NCBI GenBank assembly: GCA_951406725.2
Contig: OX597838.1
Location: 24,056,001 to 24,120,000 of the forward strand
From: Octopus vulgaris
Taxonomy: Eukaryota
Length of the DNA stretch: 64,000 nt
Direction of reading: 5' to 3'
Both the position numbers and the translations under genes were made by a program. Positions within the stretch are counted from its first letter, which is position 1; each line of letters starts with the position of its first letter. The notes under the pieces are model-generated. The model was not told the DNA's origin, ran no database searches, and worked only from the letters and a program-made list of their open reading frames with translations. This document shows positions 11,505 to 22,748 of this stretch, piece after piece.

Positions 11505-13270
11505 CTTGACAACCGGCATCGGTTTCTTTACATCCCTATACTATAGCAGTTTGAGTAAAGCGACCAATAAAATAAGTACCAGGTGTTAAAAAATTAGTAA
11601 TTACTGGAGTAGATTTGTTTGACTAAACCCTTCAAGGCAGTACCCCAGCATGGCCACAGTCCAATTACTGAAACAAAGACAGAAGATATATTTTCTTCTT
11701 TTCCACTAACAGACCTTCTCAGTGAAATTGCATAGTTTTTGCATAAAACCACAGAATGTTTTCAAAGTTCGTCGAAAATTTTGTTCTAATTAGATTTTAA
11801 AAAAACTTGGCAGTTTTAGCGGAAACTTCTTTTGAACATCTTCATCTTGTTCTGCTGCTTTACATCCTTACTTCTCTTGCAATTTTTTTTTAATATTTTT
11901 ATTTTATTTTTTTTTTAATATCTTTCCTTCCTATATAGTGTGACATAACAAACAAGTAAACAAAAAATTAATTATATTAGTTTTGAATCGTTAAAAACAA
12001 AAATAGAAGACATAAACCAAAGAAAGATTCTTGGTAAAGTATGACTTCTCGATCAATAGCCATTTTTATTTTTATTTCTTATATTCAATTTTTTTAAATT
12101 TGATATTGAAATGTATGCCAATATATTGAATATTTAATTTAATTAATTTAAAAGATGTTCAGTATTCATCTCTTTATCTCTTCTCCATGTTTTTATTTTC
12201 TTCATTATATATTTTGTTTTGTGTTTTTATTTTTCAGTGATGCTATTAAATATTCTAAATATAGTCTTCTGTTTTTACTCCTTTAAATTTTGCTATAAAC
12301 CCCTTTTCTTTAGATCATTTAAGCCATATATTTATAGCCATGCTAGAATACTGTCTTCTCTTACATTTGTTTTATGTGTGTTGTTTGTGCTAATAGTACT
12401 TTGTGTCTTTAAAGATATTTATAAGGAGTTAAAACTGTTTAGTTAACTAAAATGTAAAGCCAAAAACAAATTTTTTTTAAATCCATCAATAGCAGCGTTC
12501 CGTTTTGTTTTAAATTTTTGCTTTAATTTTTTTTCCTCTTTTTCTCACTCGCCTTCCTAATGTATTTGTAAATTACTCTGGAGGCTTTTATTTAATTGAT
12601 TTAAACATGGAATCAAATATTTTAAGACCGTTTTAATGCTATGAAATACAAATCTAATGACGACTGAAAGGAGGAAGCAACACCTGAAGGCTATTTTCCC
12701 ACAACCTTCAGACACCATTTAAACAAATCTGATGCTATCTCTTCTCCTGAATGGCTTTGTTTAAAAGTAGACTCAACTGAAGTGAAAAAGGAAGACAGTT
12801 TCTCCCTGTTCACTCAGCCGTACAAATTACATCAAAATTCTAATCACTTCTCCAATGGCTATGGGAAAATTATCTCGCATTTTATTTGATTTTTTTTTTT
12901 TCCTATTGAATTAAAAATACTTATCTTTGATCTTGTATCTTGTTTCAGTTACTAGACTATGGTCATGCTGGGGCACCACCTTCTAGGGTTTAGTCAAACA
13001 AATTGACTCCTGTATTTTTTTCCTTCAAACCACAGTATTTATTCTATCGGTCTCTCTTTACTGAATCACTAAGTTACTGGGATGTAAACAAACTCTGGTT
13101 GGAAGTGATGGTGGGGGATAAACACAAAAACAAAGACACATACACATAGATATATACATATACATACATATATATATTACTGATTCTGTTATCGTTTTTA
13201 AATTGTTACACTAGATAATAATAGAGTCAATGATATCTTTGCAAATTATTTTTCTCATGAATTATTTGCT

Positions 13271-13312
<42 letters not shown>

Positions 13313-13320
<8 letters not shown>

Positions 13321-14080
13321 AAATCCATTCTTTCTGTCTGTGTGTGTGTTTTCTAGGATCTCAGGCATCCTCCATCCTATTGCGCTCAAATTTGATATGT
13401 AGATACCAACGGTATCAGGACATGCATGAGTCTTGAAAAAATTACAAAATTTGTTTCCAAGTGACAATGCGATCAATAAAGCCATGGAAACGTGCATTTG
13501 TACGCACAAGTACTGTTGCGATGTACTTACTGGTACTTTAAACTCTTCGGTTGCATATTTGTGTGAATAAAGTTGTTTTTCTTTGGAGTAGAAAAACAGT
13601 CTATCTTTATTTCTTCTTTTGCTGGTGTCTCAAATTTAAGTTAAATCAGTGTTTCTCAAAGGGGAGGCCTATGGGACGGTCGGACAGGTTGTTTTGAGAA
13701 AATTTGGTTTAAATGTTTGACAACTCAGCACCATCTATTGAACGGGGGAGGGGGCGTTTTGCTCACATATATAGGTTATGGTATATTCTGTTAAGAACGT
13801 AGTAGAGTACAGTATGAAGCTCATCCACCCTGTGGTATCCAGTAGTAGTATTATACGTACTTCCAGGTTTGTGTTTGGGCATTTGTCATGTGTGAATAGA
13901 TGAATGGAAAAATTGGAGTCAGCCAGAAGGAGTACAGTTGGACATTTACTTTTTAATCACTACAATTGTTTTCATGCAACGTAGTTCTCCAGGCATGCAG
14001 GTACTTGATTATGCAACTGTTTCCCTGCATTATGAGATCTAGTTGTGTTTCCTCAGGTGATATATGAATATTGTCTCCAT
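13313..14080 (+). mobile_element. Possible non-autonomous Helitron-like fragment next to (TA)n
   Basis: Starts TATATAAAATCCATTCTTTCTGTCTGTGTGTG, then ...CTCAAATTTGATATGTAGATA, resembling 5' ends of invertebrate non-autonomous Helitrons; no 3' CTAG hairpin identified. Confidence 0.4.
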
Positions 14081-14416
14081 AAGTAAACACACCAACATCA
14101 GCTGTCAAGCGATGTTGGGGGGACAAACACAGACACACAAACACACACACACACACATATATTTATATGACAGGCTTCTTTCAGTTTCCGTCTACCAAAT
14201 CCACTCACAAGGCTTTTTAAAAATGCTAAAAATGTTGCATTAAGTTCCAGTATTGAGAGCAGTTGATAAAAATCTTTTTTTTTTTACCTATCAATGTATA
14301 ACAAATGTATTGATTATCGTGATTATTTCATTGTTCTTGTTGATATTATATTGATTGATATATCTCTTTTTTTTATCATTTTTTCCTTTATTTTTTTTCC
14401 CCAAATTCTTCAACAG

Positions 14417-14593
14417 GTTTTTTATGATATCGGATGCATAAATCCTTTAAAACGTCTTGCAAGTAGCCCAAATGCCACTGCATCTAAGTTAGCCATTGAA
14501 GCTTTAAGAATTATCGGTGAAGAGATCCCCCATAAACTTACCCAGCAAGTCCCATTGTGGACGGCGGAAGACGTTTCATATTGGGTCAACCAG
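14417..14593 (+). CDS. SARM1: Internal coding exon of SARM1 (sterile alpha and TIR motif NADase; dSarm/Ect4/TIR-1 orthologue), ARM end to SAM1 start
   Basis: Long polypyrimidine tract and CAG acceptor (AG 14415-14416), CAG|GTGAGT donor after 14593. 59 codons, phase 0/0, [59 protein letters not shown]. Matches from memory the invertebrate Sarm signature ALR.IGEE.PHKL.QQVPLW..EDV..WV.Q. Confidence 0.9.
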
Positions 14594-14827
14594 GTGAGTT
14601 AGAAAATTCTATTCCTAGACAAAAATGCAATAGCGAAAAAGCAAACAAAAAAAAAAAACAAACAAAAAGAAACGACATTAATATATAAATATAAATATAA
14701 ACAGTACACCTGTTCTCCTTCTCCTCAGCGCCTTCACAATAAAAAACACTTTTTAACAATTACTAGTGCATCAGCAGCACAAAGCACCTGTATTATTATT
14801 ATCATTATTATTATTCTTACTTACACC

Positions 14828-14863
<36 letters not shown>

Positions 14864-15153
14864 CACTATTGTTGTTGTTGTTGTTTTGTCTTAACTGAAC
14901 TTGCTACAGACATTTTAAAATTTGTGTGTTGTGGGTTTTCCTTTTACTGTTTCACGTTCACCCACCAGGTTATTGTTAAATGTTTTTCTAATATTTATTC
15001 TTAATGATATGTGAAAGAAAGAAAGTAAATAAAAAAAAGAAAGAAAGAAAGAAGAAAAGAAAGAAAAAGGAAAGTGTAAAAAATAGAAAAAAATACTAAC
15101 AAAAAACAAACATAACATACAACAAACATTATTCAGCTTGTAGTAGCAACCAG

Positions 15154-15196
<43 letters not shown>

Positions 15197-16613
15197 GTAT
15201 ATGTATATATATTGACTGTAACTGGTTCCTTGGATAGATTGATTGTTAAAAAGCACCATTTCTGTCTTATTTTTATAATAATAATAATATTAATAATAAT
15301 AGTGCTATAAAATAATTCAATATGTTCCAATTCAATTTGAAATGTGATTGATATATAATATTACGATAAATATGTAGTATAATATAAAATAATATAATAT
15401 AATGTAATATAATATAATATAATATATATATATAGTATTATAACATAGGTATATAAATATAGTATATGTGAAACTATATATATGTTATAATACGTATATG
15501 TATATATATTATATTGTGTGTGTGTGTGTGTACATTAGAATGGGTTTTAAAATATTGAAACATATGGAAGAAAAATTTTAATAATGAAATTGTCATCAAT
15601 TCTTTGTCAGTTTTAACAGCTTTATTATCAGTTCTATGACTTGTGGATCTTATAGGCTGGCCAAATACAGGCATACAGGGAGGGATTTAGTAAGGAAATA
15701 CAACCAGGTTTAGAAACTGTATATTTAAAAATATATATAATGCAGAGATTTTTTTTTTTTTTGTAAAGTCAAATTTATTTTTTTTTACACGTATTTTTAT
15801 TTACTAATTTTTTATTTTTTTTTTTTTGCATTTATTTCTATTCATTTTTTCAATTTGAAATATATATTCCTCAAAGCTTATGTTACAAATGCTATCCAGT
15901 TACTGCTATATGCATTGATATGCAACATTTGTGTAGGACAGATACTAGTTGCAAAACTTTGCCAAATCTTTGCAAGGAACTATTTTTTAAAGTCAACAAA
16001 GCAAAGATTTCTTGTGTAACCTGGCATTTAATGTGGGATATATCTGCAATTTTCTTCTTCTTCTTCATTTTTCTTTTTTCTTTTTTTTTTTTTTGATAAT
16101 TACAAGCCTTGCTGCAAATATAAATGAATATGTAAATTCATGTTTATCTCTCACTGTATGGCAGAATTGTTTTTGTATTTTTTGTTGTTGTAGTTGTTTT
16201 TTTTTTCCTCTCTTCAATATTTGATCAGTATTTGAAGAGGGATTTTTTTTTTTGTCTTTTTGAGGAAATGGTCCTCATATACGTGCATGTATCACTTGTT
16301 TCCACTTGGATTCTGCTTTAATTGAATTTAATAACCAAGAATTCTATGTTATAATTCTGAAGAAAAGTCACACACATATACATACACCAGGAAACTTAAA
16401 AATATATGATTTTATTTGAGTCACTTTGATATATGTATGTACGTATGTATATATGTATTTTATATAAATAAGGATAAGGTCGTTAATTTAAATTAAATAT
16501 CGATCTTCTCAAGTGGCCAGCATGAGAATAAAAACCTTCAAAGTAATAATTATTATTAAAATTATAATTTAGGGTATCTTCGTGATACCGCCATGCTGGA
16601 AATAGCAGCCAAA

Positions 16614-16667
16614 ATCTGACTCTAAAACCACATTAAATGTTTATTTAATGTGGTTTTAGAGTCAGAT
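16614..16667. repeat. Perfect 25-bp inverted repeat with a 4-nt loop
   Basis: ATCTGACTCTAAAACCACATTAAAT-GTTT-ATTTAATGTGGTTTTAGAGTCAGAT. Confidence 0.95.
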
Positions 16668-16830
16668 GAAGGTTAGCAACCTGGATCTTCAAAGTCATTG
16701 TTACCTCTCTTCGTAAAAGTATAGTAAATATGCTCTCTACAAAAAGTATTGAGCAATTTTTCAGTTTAACAGTAATTCATTTTTATTATAACTCGGTGAA
16801 AAAACAAACATTTATATATATATATAAATG

Positions 16831-16889
<59 letters not shown>

Positions 16890-17401
16890 TTTTTTGAGTA
16901 TTGGAGGACCAAATACCCGCATGTGTTTAGCTAACTTTGCTTTTCATATCATTCTGGATTGGATAAAATTAAGTGCCAGGCCAGCATAGAGTTTTATCTA
17001 ATCAACTAAGCCTCTCCCCCAACACACCTGTATTTCGTATGTAGGGAGTGGGGAGGCTTATGTTAGAACACAATGTATGAGTATATGGGTTTATCATTAT
17101 CATCATTGTTTTCATATCCACTTCCGTGTGAATATATATATGTATGTGTATATGTATTACTTTGGTCAAGTCAGTTCCTTGCTAGAGTGAGTTTTAAATC
17201 TTGGTGCACAGGGAGTTGAGGTAAAACTCAGAGTTGCAAACGACTGGCTTGACCCCAAGATTATTCATCTTCCCTATGGTATTGAGTACTCATTTTTCTG
17301 ATAGACAACACGACACATATACATATATACACGTGTGTGTGTGTATACATATATAAAAGTCTGTATGTATATAGATATGTATATGTATATATGTTGGTGT
17401 A

Positions 17402-17459
<58 letters not shown>

Positions 17460-17924
17460 CTACATCAGATGCCATGATGGATCTAAGGTGTAGGTAGAAG
17501 AGGTGGTCAGACTGCTTAAACAGGAGATAACCACTGTGTGTGTGTGTGTGTATAGAATGGTTGAAAAATATGCAAATCTGTTAACTCTTGATATCAGAAA
17601 TTCTTTAAATCTCTTACTAGATTTCTAGTAAAGAAAGCTAATAGTGAATACAAGATTACTAACAGCTATTGGTAACCGAGCTTCTGTCGTGTTTGTTTTT
17701 TGTTTTGAATTATATTTTTGAAATGACATTTTTTTTTTCTTCTCCTTTCATTTGTTAACGTTTATTACTTATATTGGAATGAAAATAAAATTTATCGATG
17801 GTTAAAACCTTTTCTCTGTTTATATTTTTGATGCATGTTATTTCTGGTAAGCTTCGTTCTAATTGGAAGCTTGCATTCCTCTTAAACGGATGATAGCTGT
17901 AAATGCATATACATGTGCATATAC

Positions 17925-17978
<54 letters not shown>

Positions 17979-18033
17979 GTAATGCAATACGAGAGTATTG
18001 CTTTCCAGTAAAGAATAGCCCGTGAGGGAAAAT

Positions 18034-18169
18034 TATACATAGAAGTAAATATATGGCACAACGAAGTACCGATATTTACTGGAAATAGCGAACGTAATAA
18101 TACGACGCTATTATTACGTTCGCTATTTCCAGTAAATATTGGTACTTCGTTGTGCCATATATTTACTTC

Positions 18170-18177
<8 letters not shown>
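18034..18177. repeat. Near-perfect 69-bp inverted repeat with a 6-nt loop
   Basis: Arms 18034-18102 and 18109-18177, one G-T pair, loop CGACGC; embedded in (TA)n. Confidence 0.95.
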
Positions 18178-18211
<34 letters not shown>

Positions 18212-18882
18212 TATACACAATTTCAATTTTTATGTATGTTTGGGTGTGTTTGTATTTCACTTAAATGAATGGTTAATAACAATAATAATAATTTATCTCT
18301 TAACAATCATAAGAGTCATTTGGAAATTTTTTTTTTTTCTTTGTTCTCCTTAACTCACAAAGTAAAAAGAAAGGAATTATCTTCTAGAAAACTTATGAAA
18401 TACGTATACATTTCATATTGTTTAATATATTCTCTGCTTTCAAGGATGGCAAAATATTTTCTTTTGAAGTGAATCTACTCTTTAAATAAAGAATTAAATG
18501 AACCACACCAGAATAAAAGATAACTTTTGTAATTTTCAACCCACTTGAACTGTGATAAGATGAAATTTTTTTCTTCTTTCTCTAATATATGTATGTGTGT
18601 GTGTATGTCTGTATGCATATATATATATATATAGAGAGAGAGAGCATTATAAGTATACTATATATGATATATATTAACTCTGTGTGTGTGTATATATATA
18701 TATAAGCTTGAACTTATAGGATGACTTGAATGGTATGCTAGGAGAATATATAGATGAAGCAATATTTTTGCTGTTGGATTTAGATTTTGTATTTTCAAGC
18801 GTGATTTGGTTTTGAAGTAGATTAAGAAGGATTTATCAGGATTCATTGCTTTTTTTTTTTTTGGCATTAATTTACATATACA

Positions 18883-18958
<76 letters not shown>

Positions 18959-19863
18959 GGGGATTCTCAATATGTATTTTGGAATCAGTTGTATTTACTG
19001 TGATGAGGAATTTTTATGTTTTTTTATTTTTTTTAATCAGTCAGTATTCCATGCTGGTGATCTTAATGTCAATTGCAAGACAGCAGCAATGTTCCGAAGA
19101 TGCTGCTAGAGGCAGCGATATTTGGTTGCTCTACCATTCGTCTTCACTCCATAAAATATTTTGCTATCCTTTGAGTCATTATTCTAGTAAATAGGCTTAA
19201 AAAATTACTAACTGCTCCATATCCTGTTGGTTTTATCACTAACTTATTATTCAGAGAGAGAGAAAAAAAAGAACTGATATTTTCTTCCATACTTCTCTTA
19301 ACTCTCGGCATTATAGAAAATATATGTTGGGTTTCTTTTCTTTTTTTTTTTTAAAAAAAAAAAGAAAAATTTGGAACTTTAAAAAAATTGTTTAAAAAGT
19401 TGCCATACTAATATCTCAGTATGCATGCTTTGACTTATTTTTCTTGAAAAACACATGAAATTACATAAAAACAATGAATTTAAAAAAAAACAATAAAGGA
19501 ACACGTTTAAAAAAAAGAAATTATAATTTATAAGTAAACTTTATTGCCAAATTCTATGAATTAAAGCATCTCCAATATCTGCTTGTGTTGCTTTTACTAT
19601 CTAATAATTGTTTCATTATTATTATTGTTATTTTTTTTTACTTTCATTCTCTTTCACCCTTTCTGTCTGCTCACGTTTTTTTTTTGTTCACGTATTTTTT
19701 TTTTATCATTTTGTGGCTTTTCCTTCATTGCATTATTCCATTTTCCTTTTACAAGCTACTAAACATTTTCTCTGTGTTTGTGTGTTTTCGTTTTCACTCA
19801 CTTCTTAATAATATAGTTGTTACAATGTTTTAAAATGCTTCAAAATAACTTTTTTGCCAAGTG

Positions 19864-19918
<55 letters not shown>

Positions 19919-20753
19919 GTATTATTGGTCAGTAATTCATAAATCCCAAAATATGCACACTCTAAAAATTAGAGCAGTAATACTTAGAAGGTTGTTGGTT
20001 AAGATCCCAAAGAATTCACTTAACCTTCTTAAACTCCAAAAAAGAGGTGTTTAGTTGGTGTCCTCATCAGAAAAAATTCATGTTGGAAATATGGAATTCC
20101 CCTTTTGCTGAATAGTGAAAAAGTAATCATCCATTGCTAACCTTTTTCAGATGCAAGTGGAACTGATCTGAGGGTGATAACTCCATCTCGCCCACAAAAA
20201 TTGTCAAACAGTAGAATTTTGTTGAGGGTTATTTTTAGAACCCTAGCTGACCAAGACTTTCCTACCCCCACTTGTAGAGAGGTTATGAACTTCAAGCCAT
20301 CAAGCCTGACAAGTCACTTACACCACTAAAAACCTTATAGGCACAAAACCAATGGTCACTCTCTTACTGGCCATAACCAACAACCTTTTAAGTATATATA
20401 TATATATATATGTGTGTATGTATGGGAAAACATGTTTCATTAATTACATGACTGTTCAAGTTTTATCTTTTTCATTTTAGAATTTTTCATATTTTTTCCC
20501 TTTTTTGCAGCTAGTTTGGAACAAGTAGGTTCGTAAATTCATATTCAAAGATTCCTGACCGTCACAAGGTCTTTGAAATACGACTGAGATGGTCTGGAAA
20601 CATTGAATATGAAATTAGGAAGTTTATAGTTCTAAACTAGCTATAAAAGAAACTAACAAGAAAATACAGAAAGTCTAAGATAAAATGGTTAAACTTGAAT
20701 ATAGTCAAATATTCAATCAAATATACACACATGTATATATATATATATATATC

Positions 20754-20785
<32 letters not shown>

Positions 20786-20878
20786 ATATGCACAATCTTT
20801 GTCTCTGGTTGTTGAGAGCTTTTTTGATTTGACCTCAAAGTCAATTTTTGTAGTTAATCTAAAATGTATATTTATTAA

Positions 20879-21102
20879 CCCTTTAACAATTCAATTGGCT
20901 ATATGTGGTCGAAATATTCTACCTGTTTTTAATGTTCAAACCTGGAAGATCCAGCCTCCCACACTTACATTACAATGTCGTTCTTAAAATTAAACTGTCA
21001 CATCAGAAATCTCAAAGCTACAAGATAATGCTTGATTAATTCAAAACAATGTGAATAAATGAGCAAGTTATTTGACAGAGTAATAATCTGAATGTCAAAG
21101 GG
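20879..21102. mobile_element. piggyBac-like non-autonomous element (MITE); related inverted copy at 37390-37610
   Basis: TTAA|CCCTTT...AAAGGG|TTAA termini; internal sequence is the reverse complement of 37390-37610. Confidence 0.75.
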
Positions 21103-21754
21103 TTAAACATATGATTATAAACTACTTTTGAATTTGATCTCATATATGCTGTGCCAGTACTTAATTAATATGTGTAACTAATTTGACAACAATATGTAAA
21201 TGTGGTTGAGCCTAGCTTGATCATGCTTACATTATTCATTTTAAGTGTTCTCTCAGCAACCAGAGAAAAGTATTCGAATCCTGACTATGGCTTTAAAACA
21301 ATGCAGAGGCTTCCTTGTTGGCTCAATGGTATAACTCAAAAGATAACTACAGCTTATTACTTAATAATCAGAACTGTTATTAAACAATATCGATAAATTT
21401 TAATTCAACCATAGTTGTAATAATAGAAAGATAAGTTTTTCTTCCATCTTAGGCATTTAAGTTTTGTTGTTTTCTCCTGTTTTAAATCACCATAATTTTT
21501 TTTTTCATTATCACTTTAACATCCACTTTTCCATGTTTACATGGGTCAGATAGAGTTTACTCTCTCTGCTCACATGAGGCAGATTTTATATGGCCAGGTA
21601 CCCCTTTCTGTTGCCAACCCTCACTGATCTTGAAGCAAGGTGATATTTCCCCTTGACCAGAAATGTTCCCACAGAATATTAGAAATGAATGGCATTCATT
21701 TACAACTGTCTTGTGATGTCAAAACAAGGGGACACAAACATGCACGTGCGCCCA

Positions 21755-21791
<37 letters not shown>

Positions 21792-22349
21792 TATTGTCTT
21801 AATGTCCCACTTATCCATATTGGAAATGGATCAGACAGAATTTGTTGAGATGGATTTTCTATGGCTGGATGCTCTTCCTGTCACCAGCCCTCACCTGTTT
21901 CCAGGTAAGGTAATATTTGCCCATGATCAAACATGTTTTCGTGGAAGCTTGGAAATAAAGGACACTGCTTGTGTGATGGTGATACTTGCTTACAACCATC
22001 ACCTGATGTCAAGTCAAGGAGACTATAACACACACACACACACACACACACGTGTATATTACAGCCTCTTTTCAGTTTTTATCTACCAAATGCACTCACA
22101 AAGCTTTGGTCGGCCCAAAGTTATAGAAGTCCATGCAATGCAGTTGAACCAGGAACCATGTGGTTGGGAAGTGAATTCTTACTATACAGTCATACCTGCA
22201 TCTAAAAGAAAAGGTTAGCAGCATGAGTTTATTAAAGGTACTGTCATTAAATATCCCACAGATGTTTTCTGTTTGAAAAATGTATACTTTTGTGCAGGTT
22301 AATATATTTAAAGGTAGTAACCCAAAAGGATTACTTTATCAATTATCAT

Positions 22350-22525
22350 AGGTGCAGGAGTGGTTGTGTGGTAAGTAGCTTGCTTACCAAATACATGGTT
22401 CCAGGTTCAGTCCCTCTACGTGGTACCTTGGGCAAGTGTCTTCTACTATAGCCTCAGGCCGACCAAAGCATTGTGAGTGGATTTGGTAGATGGAAACTGA
22501 AAGAAGACCATCGTATATATATATG

Positions 22526-22568
<43 letters not shown>

Positions 22569-22748
22569 TGTGTGTGTGTGTTTGTGTGTCTTGCCCCCCC
22601 CCCCCAACATCGCTTGACAACCAATGCTGATGTGTTTACGTCCCCGTAACTTAGCGGTTCAGCAAAAGTGACCGATAGAATAAGTACTGGGTTTACCAAG
22701 AATAAGTCCTGGGGTCAAATTGCTCGACTGAAACAAGTAAAAGAGTAA
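22350..22748 (+). mobile_element. SINE family A copy
   Basis: Direct similarity to 59248-59669. Confidence 0.88.

Noticed and set aside
14294-14416. Hydrophobic N-terminal extension of ORF 14294-14602
   Set aside because: It is the translated polypyrimidine tract of the intron; homology begins at the acceptor.
15656-15766. Possible next SARM1 exon AGQIQAYREGFSKEIQPGLETV...
   Set aside because: Weak polypyrimidine tract, no SAM signature (DGDLLL), and it runs into a stop in poly-T; kept only as a junction to test.
19000-19110. C box GTGATGA suggesting a C/D snoRNA
   Set aside because: No D box CTGA or terminal stem at a suitable distance.
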